A stretch of 64,000 nt of DNA from a bacterium (GTDB lineage: Bacteria; UBA8248): assembly GCA_965207065.1 (NCBI GenBank), contig OZ242260.1, forward strand, positions 896,001 to 960,000, given 5' to 3'. The notes beneath the pieces are model-generated. The model had not been told where the DNA came from and did not search any database. It saw nothing but the letters and a program-made list of their open reading frames with translations. A program made the translations under genes and the position numbers. Positions 51,831 through 60,923 of the stretch are shown here, piece after piece. How positions within the stretch are numbered: position 1 is the first letter of the stretch; every line of letters starts with the position of its first letter.

Positions 51831-52625
51831 CTATTTCCCCTCTCCCAGCTTCAGGCGCCATTTTTTTCCGCCCGGACCCCTGCGTATGGAAACCTCTATC
51901 TCCAGCGGATTCTCCAGAAAAACTTTCTCGAATATCTCCACAGTCTCAATCTTCTTTCCTTCCGCCTTGAAGATGACATCTCCACGCCTAAGTCCAGCGC
52001 GTGCCGCCGGAGCGTTTTCTTTCACATCGGACACCAGAAGCCCGCTCTTCTCTCCCCCTCCGAAAAAGCGCGCCAGCGAGGGTGTAAGTTTCTGGAGAAT
52101 GAGCCCCAGCTTCTCGGGGTGGGTATATTCGCGCTTCATATGGAAGCCGTGTTCCATCACGACGGGCTTCACGTATATCGGGGATTTCATCCGCAACGCC
52201 AGCGCGACGGCGTCCGAGGGGCGGCTGTCGACAGAAAAGCGCCGGCCCCCGGCCTTCATATCGATGAAGGCGAAATAGGTGCCCCCTTTAATCTCCGTAA
52301 TCACCACCCGGAGAACTTCCGCCTGGAGGGTCTTCAGCAGGTTGCGCATCAAGTCGTGCGTCATCGGCCGGTGCGGCTTGGCTTCTTCTAACTCCATGTA
52401 AATCGCCCGCGCCTCCGCCGGGCCGATCCAGATGGGCAGCAACTTGCCCCCTTTTTTCTCCTGCAGCAGCAAGACGGGCTGGTCGGTCCTCTGATCGACG
52501 AGGATGTCCTTCACCTCGACCCTGCGGAGCCCCGAGAGGGCCGCCTCCGCTTTCACCGGGTGCGCATGAGCGATGAAAACGACAAGAACGACAAGAAAGC
52601 CGGAAGACACCATTTTAAGCCGCAT
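51831..52625 (-). CDS. DUF151 bifunctional nuclease domain fused to a C-terminal PDZ domain
   Basis: LPIWIGPAEA, RPMTHDL, DSRPSDAVALA; LLVSDVKENAPAARAGLRRGDVI. Confidence 0.85.
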   Translation of the reverse strand: MRLKMVSSGFLVVLVVFIAHAHPVKAEAALSGLRRVEVKDILVDQRTDQPVLLLQEKKGGKLLPIWIGPAEARAIYMELEEAKPHRPMTHDLMRNLLKTLQAEVLRVVITEIKGGTYFAFIDMKAGGRRFSVDSRPSDAVALALRMKSPIYVKPVVMEHGFHMKREYTHPEKLGLILQKLTPSLARFFGGGEKSGLLVSDVKENAPAARAGLRRGDVIFKAEGKKIETVEIFEKVFLENPLEIEVSIRRGPGGKKWRLKLGEGK

Positions 52626-52676
52626 GACTTCGATTCCTGATCATTTCGCCCGCGTCATGAAACCAGCGGACTTCCC

Positions 52677-53198
52677 TCAGCGCGCAGATTCCGCCGAAAC
52701 CCGGAACACGCATTCGGGAATCGCCATGTCCACACGCTGCTGGCCCGGTTTTTCCTCCACCTTGGTCTCGTAGATTCCGTCGCAATCCTCATCGAGCAGC
52801 GTGATGTCGTATGGATACTTGTTGTCCACGTCGATGTTGATCGCGAAAATCCGGTTGTTGATGGTGAGCGTCTCGAACTGAAATTTCCACTCATCGAGAT
52901 ATTGCTTGATCAGGGTCTCCTCTCCGGGAATGCGCCTGCTGAGGTCCCGCCGGACCCATCCGAGAAAACGAGAGCGGCTGAGTGCCGGCGTGTCAAAACC
53001 CTCAGGTCTCTTTTCGACGGGGCCGTCCGCATCCGCAGACGCCGCGAATGCGCTTCCAGACCCCAAAAGCGCCATCGCCAGGAACAAAACAACACAAATT
53101 CTCCCGAAACACACTATCATCGAAATCACCCTCGGCATCGACGTGAAACCCGGCGGCCGGCCAGACTCCGGAAGGCTGGTCGTCCGTAAGAGTAGCAC
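52677..53198 (-). CDS. Hypothetical exported protein (start uncertain)
   Basis: Hydrophobic signal-like segment ending SAFA; co-oriented with neighbours. Confidence 0.5.
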   Translation of the reverse strand: MLLLRTTSLPESGRPPGFTSMPRVISMIVCFGRICVVLFLAMALLGSGSAFAASADADGPVEKRPEGFDTPALSRSRFLGWVRRDLSRRIPGEETLIKQYLDEWKFQFETLTINNRIFAINIDVDNKYPYDITLLDEDCDGIYETKVEEKPGQQRVDMAIPECVFRVSAESAR

Positions 53199-53388
53199 CC
53201 GCCGCGCACCGCCTTCAAGAGATGGGTCCGCGCCTCAGAGAGCGCAAACACGATCCTCCGACGCGCTTTGACATTTCGGCCAAGCGGATTATTCTTCACA
53301 TATCGGCGAACAATCATCCCGACTCGAGGGATGCGTGAAACGCATGCCTTGAGAAAGCAATCACCGAAACTCCCGAGGAGAAACCCAG

Positions 53389-53742
53389 ATGACGACGAGA
53401 GAAAGAAAAGCCCGGCTCATCCGGCCCGATGAGCGTGAATCAGAAGGCATGGCGGGCGGCGCGAGCCACAAGGCCATCGTATCGAAAGAGGGCGAGGGAA
53501 CAGACCTCACCGTCTATTACTCGCTCATACAGCCGGGACAGACGCACGACTGGCATCACCACGAAGAGGATGAGGTCATATTCTGCGTGAGCGGCAGGGG
53601 CAGATACGACCTCGATGACGGCGAGATCAACTACGGCCCCGGACAATTCATCTTCATGCCCAAGGGCACGCGCCACTGCAACCACTGCGTGAGCGAGGAA
53701 GACGTAAGGCTGGTGGCCATCTTCCAGCCGGGCCGAGAATAA
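53389..53742 (+). CDS. Cupin domain protein
   Basis: WHHHEEDE...G.G and PKGTRH motifs. Confidence 0.88.
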   Translation: MTTRERKARLIRPDERESEGMAGGASHKAIVSKEGEGTDLTVYYSLIQPGQTHDWHHHEEDEVIFCVSGRGRYDLDDGEINYGPGQFIFMPKGTRHCNHCVSEEDVRLVAIFQPGRE

Positions 53743-53771
53743 GGCCGCGCCTTTCCCCCCCAACGGAGAAG

Positions 53772-55193
53772 ATGAGGCTACATTTGGAGACGAAGATGGA
53801 CCCCATGCAGAAAATCATCGCGCATTACGCGAATCTCCGCTTCGAGGATCTGCCCGAAGAGGCCGTATGCGCCGCCAGAAACCTCATCGTCGATGCGCTC
53901 GCCTGCGCCCTGGCCGGCTCGGCGGCGCCGCTGAACCCCGAAATCATCGAGCGTCATTTACGCTGGGGCGGCGCGCCCGAAGCCACGGTGCTCGTTTTCG
54001 GAGGCAAAGCGCCTGCGCCGACGGCGGCCTGGCTGAACGCCGCCATGATCCACTCGAACGATTTCGACGACACCGAAGACGTCACCCAGAACCACATCTT
54101 CGTCACGATTCTTCCCGCCCTCCTCGCCGCGGGCGAAAGCCTCGGGCGCGCGATGCCGGGCCGTGAGGTCATCACCGCGCTGGCAGGAGCTGCGGACGTG
54201 ACTTTGAGGTTGAACGCCGTCGTGCACCAAAACATTCATCCGGGCTGGCTGCCCACCACGGTATTCGGCGCGGTCTCGGCCTCGATGGCCGCCGCGCGGG
54301 CATTGGGGCTTGATGAAGAGGGCCTCGCCAACGCGGCGGGCTTCGGCTACGCGCAATCACACGGCAACCGCCAGGCGTTGCTTGACGGCACGGTCGCCAA
54401 GCGGCTCCAACCCGCCTTCAGCGCGCGGGCCGGCGTGCATTCTGCCGTCCTGGCGCAAACGGGCGCCACCGGCCCCAAGCGAATCGTGGAGGGAGCGGAC
54501 GGCTTTATCGAACTGTTCGGCTGCGGCGAGGGCGACCCGGACGCGCTCACGAGAGAGCTGGGCGAAACCTTCCACGTCACCCGGGTCGGCATGAAACCCT
54601 ACCCGAGCTGCCGCGTGTCCCATCCCCACATCAGCGCGGCTCTGGAGGCGCGCGACTGTCTCGGGACATTCAGCGCGCAAGACGTCGAAAGCGTCGAGGT
54701 ATGGGCCACGCCCATCGGCCATTCGATGATCGGCCAGCCGTTCCAGATCAGGGAGAATCCCCAGGTGGACGCGCAATTCAGCGCACAGTGGACGACGGCG
54801 TTCTCTTTGCTCAATGGATTGCCGCGCATCGCGAACTTCGATCCGGACCTCATCGTCTCGGGAGCCGAGGTGATCGAACTCGCGCAGAAGACCCGGGTCC
54901 ACATCTGGGAGGAAGGGAGTCTACTGCTCGTGCCTGTGCGCATACGCGTCAAACTCAAGGACGGGAGAGAGGCCGACGTCACGCACGATAAAATCAAAGG
55001 CTCTCCCGATTGGACCATGACCGAAGTGGAGCGTCAGGAGAAATTCTTCTCCTGCGCCGAGGCCGCAGCGGTCAGGCTCGACCCCGAAGAGGTGGAACGC
55101 GCTTTCCGTGAACTCACCTCGCTTGAGGATTGCGCCGACATCCGGCCCGTTCTCGCCCTGCTCGCCGCATCGAAAAACCCGGTGAGCGCATAG
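53772..55193 (+). CDS. MmgE/PrpD family protein
   Basis: HSNDFDD, EGADG, KPYPSC, AQFS. Confidence 0.9.
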   Translation: MRLHLETKMDPMQKIIAHYANLRFEDLPEEAVCAARNLIVDALACALAGSAAPLNPEIIERHLRWGGAPEATVLVFGGKAPAPTAAWLNAAMIHSNDFDDTEDVTQNHIFVTILPALLAAGESLGRAMPGREVITALAGAADVTLRLNAVVHQNIHPGWLPTTVFGAVSASMAAARALGLDEEGLANAAGFGYAQSHGNRQALLDGTVAKRLQPAFSARAGVHSAVLAQTGATGPKRIVEGADGFIELFGCGEGDPDALTRELGETFHVTRVGMKPYPSCRVSHPHISAALEARDCLGTFSAQDVESVEVWATPIGHSMIGQPFQIRENPQVDAQFSAQWTTAFSLLNGLPRIANFDPDLIVSGAEVIELAQKTRVHIWEEGSLLLVPVRIRVKLKDGREADVTHDKIKGSPDWTMTEVERQEKFFSCAEAAAVRLDPEEVERAFRELTSLEDCADIRPVLALLAASKNPVSA

Positions 55194-55227
55194 CATTTCC
55201 AACCGGGCGACTCTATAATTTTCGCCC

Positions 55228-56811
55228 ATGAATCAAGACGACACCTCAGCCATACACCCGGGCTCGAACATCGCCTGGGCGACGAAGAGATACGGCCCAC
55301 GTGATGCCGTGGTGGACGGGGAACGCCGCCTGAGCTTCTTCGACGTCTACGATCGCAGCAAACGGGCCGCGAACGCGCTCTTAGCCCTCGGCCTCGAGCC
55401 GGATGATCGCGTCGCCAAGCTGATGCGAAACCGCGCCGAGATCATTGAGATCAACTTCGGCGTCGCGATGGCGGGCGGGGCGTCTCTGAACCTCCACGGA
55501 CGCAACGTCTTAAAAGAACACGTCCACATGCTGAACGACTCTGAATCCGCGTTCCTCCTCCTGGATGAAGCCCACAAGGAATATGCCGAAGGCATCCGGA
55601 GCGAATGCCCGGGTCTGCGCGCCATCATCGCCGTTGGGTGGGAGGGCGCAGGCGTTACCCCTTACGAGGAATGGCTGCAAAAAAGCTCCGGCCGGGAGCC
55701 CGGCGTCATCCTCGGGCCGGATTCGCTGTTTCACCTTCACTACACCTCGGGCACGACCGGTGAGCCCAAGGCGGTCGTCAACACCCACCGCACGCACGTC
55801 GCGTGGCTGGCGAAGTTCTTCAGAAACCTCGACTACCGGATGGGCGCGCTCGATTCCATGCTCCACGCGGGCCCCATGACGCATGCGTCCTTCAACTTCA
55901 TCGAACCCACATTCCTCCGGGGGGCGCGGAGCGTTATCATGCCCGCCTTCGAGCCGGAACTTTTAATCGAAATGGCGGAAAAAGAGAGAGCCACAACCAC
56001 CTATCTCGTCTCCACGATGGTGCAGCGGCTCATCGAATGCGGAAAGCTCGCAAGCGCCGACCTCTCGAGCCTGCACACGATCACCTACGGGGCCGCGCCC
56101 ATCTCGGAGGAAAACCTGAGTCTCGCCATCGAGCACGTCGGCCCCATCTTCCGGCAAACCTACGGGCTGACCGAAGCGCGCCAGCCCATCGCGATACTCG
56201 ATCCGTGGGATCACGTGGTCGACGGAACGCCCGGGGAGCGTGCGCGCCTCGCCTCGTGCGGCAGGGTTGCGGCGGGCGTGGAGCTCGAACTCCTGGACGA
56301 TGACGACCGCCCCGTCGCCACCGGCGAGATGGGAGAAATCTGCGTGCGGGGGGATTACGCCATGGCGAGCTACTGGAATAACCCGGAAGCCACGGCGGAG
56401 ACCATGCGAAACGGCTGGGTGCACACCGGAGACCTCGCGGTGGCGGATGAGGAGGGATATCTCTACATCGTCGACCGCAAGAAGGAGATGATCATCACGG
56501 GCGGGTTCAACGTCTATCCCTCGGAAGTCGAGCGCGCCCTCTGCCGCCACCCCGCCGTCCTGGAAGCGCTGGTGATAGGCGTGCCGGATGAGATGTGGGG
56601 CGAGGCCGTCAAGGCCATGGTGGTGCTGCGCCCCGGGGAGTCGCCCGAGCCTTCGGACATCATCGCATTCACCGAAAAAGAAATCGCGGGCTACAAGAAG
56701 CCGAAACAAGTCGAGTTTCTGAGCGAAATTCCCAAAAACGCGCAGGGGAAAGTGCAAAGACGCGATATTCGTGAAAAACACTGGACCGGAAGAGCGCGGC
56801 GGGTAAATTAA
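55228..56811 (+). CDS. Acyl-CoA synthetase (AMP-binding)
   Basis: YTSGTTGEPK, YGLTE, HTGD, GGFNVYP, GKV. Confidence 0.93.
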   Translation: MNQDDTSAIHPGSNIAWATKRYGPRDAVVDGERRLSFFDVYDRSKRAANALLALGLEPDDRVAKLMRNRAEIIEINFGVAMAGGASLNLHGRNVLKEHVHMLNDSESAFLLLDEAHKEYAEGIRSECPGLRAIIAVGWEGAGVTPYEEWLQKSSGREPGVILGPDSLFHLHYTSGTTGEPKAVVNTHRTHVAWLAKFFRNLDYRMGALDSMLHAGPMTHASFNFIEPTFLRGARSVIMPAFEPELLIEMAEKERATTTYLVSTMVQRLIECGKLASADLSSLHTITYGAAPISEENLSLAIEHVGPIFRQTYGLTEARQPIAILDPWDHVVDGTPGERARLASCGRVAAGVELELLDDDDRPVATGEMGEICVRGDYAMASYWNNPEATAETMRNGWVHTGDLAVADEEGYLYIVDRKKEMIITGGFNVYPSEVERALCRHPAVLEALVIGVPDEMWGEAVKAMVVLRPGESPEPSDIIAFTEKEIAGYKKPKQVEFLSEIPKNAQGKVQRRDIREKHWTGRARRVN

Positions 56812-56871
56812 AGCCGGCCGCTTTCAACGTCAATTCATCGGAGCGACCATTTTTCAACAGGAGAGACGCCA

Positions 56872-57654
56872 ATGGACCTGACGCAAGAGTTCGGACTCAA
56901 GACCGTGAAATACCGCAAGGAAAACAAGATCGCGTACGTCACCCTGAACCGGCCCGACAAGCTGAATCCTCTCAGCTTCGCCACGGTGACGGAACTCCTC
57001 CAGTGCTGGGAGGACGTGAACGACGACAAGGAGGTGTGGGTGGCGATTCTCGCGGGCGAGGGGAAATCCTTCTGCTCCGGGTGGGATCAGAACCTGGAAG
57101 AAGATGAACTCAAGATGGGCGCCGTCCGCCCCAAAGGGGTTCTCTACTGCGACCTGGACTGGATCAAGAAGCCCGTCATCTGCGCGGCGCAGGGCTACGC
57201 CATCGGCGGAGGGATGAGCCTGTTCCTCGGCGCGGACGTCCGCGTGGTTTCGGAAGACGCCAAGGTCGGCTATTCCCAGCCCAAGATCGGCATCATCAGC
57301 ATCGGCGGGGCCATGCGCCTTCCCGCGGCGATTCCCGGCCTCGCCAGATGGTACATGTTCTCGGGCGAACTCATCGACGCCGAGGAAGCCTACCGCCTCG
57401 GCCTCGTAGTGAAGATCGCCAAGAACGGGGAACTCCTGGAGACCGCGACAGCCATGGCTGAGCAGATCATCGAGTGCTCGCCCATGACGGTGCAGCACAC
57501 CAAGGAAGAGATCGCCGTGGCCGCCAACGTGTCGATGTACGAGGGTTATCGCCTCTGCCGGCCCATCATGAACCGCTTCTACAAGACCGAAGACTACCGC
57601 GAGGGCAAGAACGCGTTCTTGGAGAAACGAAAACCCGTCTGGAAGAACTGCTGA
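56872..57654 (+). CDS. Enoyl-CoA hydratase/isomerase family protein
   Basis: LNRPDKLN, FCSGWD, KPVICAAQGYAIGGG, AFLEKRKP. Confidence 0.9.
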   Translation: MDLTQEFGLKTVKYRKENKIAYVTLNRPDKLNPLSFATVTELLQCWEDVNDDKEVWVAILAGEGKSFCSGWDQNLEEDELKMGAVRPKGVLYCDLDWIKKPVICAAQGYAIGGGMSLFLGADVRVVSEDAKVGYSQPKIGIISIGGAMRLPAAIPGLARWYMFSGELIDAEEAYRLGLVVKIAKNGELLETATAMAEQIIECSPMTVQHTKEEIAVAANVSMYEGYRLCRPIMNRFYKTEDYREGKNAFLEKRKPVWKNC

Positions 57655-57762
57655 GCAGGGGCCGGGGCTGAACGAGAAGAATCGCAAGTCTGCCTCCGGG
57701 GTTGCAGGACGGCCCGGTATGAAGGATAAGCCTAACCGGTCATCCCAATCCCAGGAGCGCAC

Positions 57763-58956
57763 ATGGATTTGTCTACGGGCAAGGATGTGGCCGGCATCAG
57801 GCAAGGCTGGCCGATTATCCTCGCGTGTTTTCTCACCATATTCACCGCCTACACCACGGCCTTCATCCTGGGTCCGATGCTCGACGTCATGGGCCGCGAC
57901 CTGGGCCTCTCCCTCTCGGCCATGGGGCAGCTGGCGGCCATCACCTTTATCCCCTGGGGGATAGGCGCGCCCCTGCTGGCACCCATCTCGGATCGCTACG
58001 GCCGGAAGTACGTCATTCTCCTCGGGATGGTGGGCCTTTCGCTCTCCAGTATCGCCACCTCGTTCGCGGACGGATATCTCACGGTGGCGGTCTTGCGCTT
58101 CACCGCGGGGCTGAGCGGCGCACTCGTTCCTCCCACGGCGGTGGCGGCGATCGGGGACAACTTTACGGGCCGCGCGCGCGGCCTCGCCATCGGGTTCGCG
58201 ACGGCGGGCGTGGCCATGGGCCTGCTCGTCGGAGTCCCGAGCGTGGCCTTTCTGACGGATTACCTGGGCTGGCGCAACGCGCTTTGGATTTCGGGCGCGT
58301 TCGGCCTGACGCTTTCCCTGTACACGTTCCGCTCGCTGCCATCCGGGAGCCAGACCGACGCGCCCTCTTCCTATCTGGCGAGCTTCACATGGATGCGCCA
58401 GGGCGCCTCGTGGCTCCTGCTGAGCGGAAACGTCACCGAGCGACTCATGACGTCCGCCTTTCTGACATACGTCGCCGTATTTCTCATACGCACTTTTGAG
58501 ATTTCCCTCTCCACCGCGGGGAGCCTGCTCACGGCGATGTCCGTGGGCGCGCTCATCGGCGGCCTCCTGGGCGGAACGCTGGCGGGCGTGAGGCGGCGCT
58601 TTCTCATCATCACCGCCCTTGTCCTGCTCCAGGGAGAACTCCTGGCGTTTCACTTCTCGGGGCTGGGCTTTCTCACGCTCACGATCGCGGCGGGCTTTCT
58701 CTTCTCGTTCTTCAGCCATCTGAGCCGTCCCGCCGTCATGGACGACCTCATATCGATCGCCCCGCAGGCGCGCGGCGCCATCATCGGCTTCTATTCGACG
58801 AGCAACCAGGTCGGCCTCTTCCTGGGAGCATCCCTGGGCGGGTTCGCCATTCAGTGGGGCGGCTTCGGGGCGCTCAGCTGGCTCGTTCTGGGCGCGGCGG
58901 TCCTGGGCGGGGGGTTCTACGGAGTGAGCGCGTGGGTATTTCGGGGAAGAGGGTAA
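57763..58956 (+). CDS. MFS transporter
   Basis: About 12 TM segments; SDRYGRK motif A. Confidence 0.9.
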   Translation: MDLSTGKDVAGIRQGWPIILACFLTIFTAYTTAFILGPMLDVMGRDLGLSLSAMGQLAAITFIPWGIGAPLLAPISDRYGRKYVILLGMVGLSLSSIATSFADGYLTVAVLRFTAGLSGALVPPTAVAAIGDNFTGRARGLAIGFATAGVAMGLLVGVPSVAFLTDYLGWRNALWISGAFGLTLSLYTFRSLPSGSQTDAPSSYLASFTWMRQGASWLLLSGNVTERLMTSAFLTYVAVFLIRTFEISLSTAGSLLTAMSVGALIGGLLGGTLAGVRRRFLIITALVLLQGELLAFHFSGLGFLTLTIAAGFLFSFFSHLSRPAVMDDLISIAPQARGAIIGFYSTSNQVGLFLGASLGGFAIQWGGFGALSWLVLGAAVLGGGFYGVSAWVFRGRG

Positions 58957-58993
58957 GCTCTTCTTCACCCGATTGATCGTAGTAAACAATTAT

Positions 58994-59092
58994 TATACGT
59001 TATCGCGTATACGCAATTTATATACTTGATAAAGTATATAACTATAATATACAATATAACGTATATTTATATATTATACGCTTTAAGGTATG
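58994..59092. promoter_or_regulatory. Four HipB-type operators TATAC-N8-GTAT(A/G) at 27-bp spacing
   Basis: Sites start at 58994, 59021, 59048 and 59075, directly upstream of hipB. Confidence 0.85.
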
Positions 59093-59115
59093 TTATTTTT
59101 GAGGAGGAATAGAAG

Positions 59116-59373
59116 ATGAATGAGCTTGTTACCCGCTCGGAAAAGCAACTGGGAGAGGCTCTGCGCCGGGTCCGCAAACAGCGTGGTTTCACGCAGGCCG
59201 GACTCGGCGAAAAGATCCACATGCGCCAAGCCACCATCTCAAAGCTGGAGGGTGGCTCGTCGACAAGCCGCCTCCGCACCCTGATGGCGTCTCTCGCTGC
59301 GCTTGATCTGGAACTGGTCGTGCGTCCCCGCCGCCGGAGCACAGGCGATGAAATTGAGGAGTTGTTCTCATAG
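59116..59373 (+). CDS. hipB: HipB-like HTH antitoxin
   Basis: XRE HTH (RKQRGFTQAGLG...QATISKLE) upstream of hipA. Confidence 0.88.
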   Translation: MNELVTRSEKQLGEALRRVRKQRGFTQAGLGEKIHMRQATISKLEGGSSTSRLRTLMASLAALDLELVVRPRRRSTGDEIEELFS

Positions 59374-60674
59374 CCAGACGACGCGCCTACATACCGCTGG
59401 CCGTCTATATGAACGGCCGTCTCGTGGGGTGGTTGTGCAAGGCGGCGAGCGGAGCCATCGATTTTCGCTACGATGAGAGATGGCTCGCCAGGGAACACGG
59501 TTTTCCGGTTTCGCTCTCCATGCCGCTGCGCGAAGACGCTTATATCGGCGACCCGGTCGTCGCCGTGTTCGACAATCTACTCCCGGACAATTTCGACATC
59601 CGAGACAAAATGGCCGCGCGAACCCAAGCGAATGGGTCGGATACCTTCAGTCTGCTGAGCGCGGTCGGGCGTGACTGCGTCGGCGCCATGCAGTTCCTCC
59701 CGGAAGGAGAAGACCCCGGCCCGGCCGGGTCGATCGATGGGCACACTATCGATGATGACGGGATTAGCAAGATACTCGCCAATCTGGGCACTACACCGCT
59801 CGGTGTCGGCGTGCATGAAGCGTTCCGCATCTCGCTCGCGGGCACACAGGAAAAGACCGCCCTGCTGTACTGGAAAAACGAGTGGCGCGTACCGCACGGC
59901 ACGACCGCGACGACCCATATCCTCAAACCGGAAATCGGACGGCTCGGCAACGGCGTCGACCTCTCGCTTTCCGTCGAGAACGAGCATCTTTGCATGCGGC
60001 TCATCTCCACCCTCGGCCTGCCTGCGGCCGACACCCGCATGGAGACGTTCGGTGAGAAGAAAACGCTGGTCGTGGCGCGTTTCGACCGGCTCTGGGCGAA
60101 AGACGGACGACTATTGCGCTTGCCGCAGGAAGACTGCTGCCAGGCGCTTTCCATGCCCTCGGCCAAAAAATACGAAAGCGATGGCGGACCAGGGCTTCCC
60201 GACCTGCTTGATTTGTTCATGGGCAGCGACGATGCAACGCGCGATCGCAAGATGATCATGAAGGCGGCCGTCGTCTTCTGGCTTCTCGCCGCCATCGACG
60301 GCCATGCCAAGAACTTCAGCCTCTTCCTTCATCCGCACGGCGGATTTTCATTGACGCCCTTTTATGACGTGATGTCGATTCAACCGAACTTGGATGCGCA
60401 CCAGCTCCGGCAACGCGATATGAAGATGTCCATGGCGGTCGGCAAGAACCGCCATTACGTCGTGAACGAAATCATCCCGCGCCATTATCTGCAAACGGCT
60501 GCGGCCTGCAGCATGGGAGAAAGCGTCGTGCGGGAGATATTCGAAGAACTTCTCGAACGAGGCGACGCGGCGATATCGAGCGTTGAGAACGATCTGCCGC
60601 CCGATTTTCCCGAATCGCTATTCATGAGCGTTACGGAAGGTTTTCGCCGAAGACTCCGTTGGCTGGAGGGTTGA
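59370..60674 (+). CDS. hipA: HipA family kinase toxin (expected start codon reads ATA; first ATG at 59409)
   Basis: FDNLLPD, GRDCVGA, SLAGTQEK, THILKP, DGHAKNFS, PFYD. Confidence 0.9.
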   Translation: MARRRAYIPLAVYMNGRLVGWLCKAASGAIDFRYDERWLAREHGFPVSLSMPLREDAYIGDPVVAVFDNLLPDNFDIRDKMAARTQANGSDTFSLLSAVGRDCVGAMQFLPEGEDPGPAGSIDGHTIDDDGISKILANLGTTPLGVGVHEAFRISLAGTQEKTALLYWKNEWRVPHGTTATTHILKPEIGRLGNGVDLSLSVENEHLCMRLISTLGLPAADTRMETFGEKKTLVVARFDRLWAKDGRLLRLPQEDCCQALSMPSAKKYESDGGPGLPDLLDLFMGSDDATRDRKMIMKAAVVFWLLAAIDGHAKNFSLFLHPHGGFSLTPFYDVMSIQPNLDAHQLRQRDMKMSMAVGKNRHYVVNEIIPRHYLQTAAACSMGESVVREIFEELLERGDAAISSVENDLPPDFPESLFMSVTEGFRRRLRWLEG

Positions 60675-60778
60675 GCGTTGACATCATGACGCAATGCCCG
60701 GAAGAAAAAAACGGTAGGACGGTTCGCGAGCTGCCCCAACGAAAGCAAAAATCTCGAACGTAACAAACCAGAGACATG

Positions 60779-60805
60779 GTAGGGACAGGCCCCTGTGCCT
60801 GTCCT
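60779..60805 (+). repeat. GTAG-type REP-like hairpin
   Basis: GTAG followed by GGACAGGC...GCCTGTCC stem, in an intergenic region. Confidence 0.45.
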
Positions 60806-60923
60806 CGTGCAGGACAATTACGGGGGGTTGTTGAAAAAGCCGGCACCGGGATCGGGCGCATTGGACGCTCCCTAATCGGTCTCGTCTAAAGCAGTCCCTC
60901 CTTCATCAGTCGGAACTGACCCC

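Noticed and set aside
56854-58989. 711-aa and other long antisense ORFs in the housekeeping region
   Set aside because: GC-rich shadow frames opposite well-supported genes.
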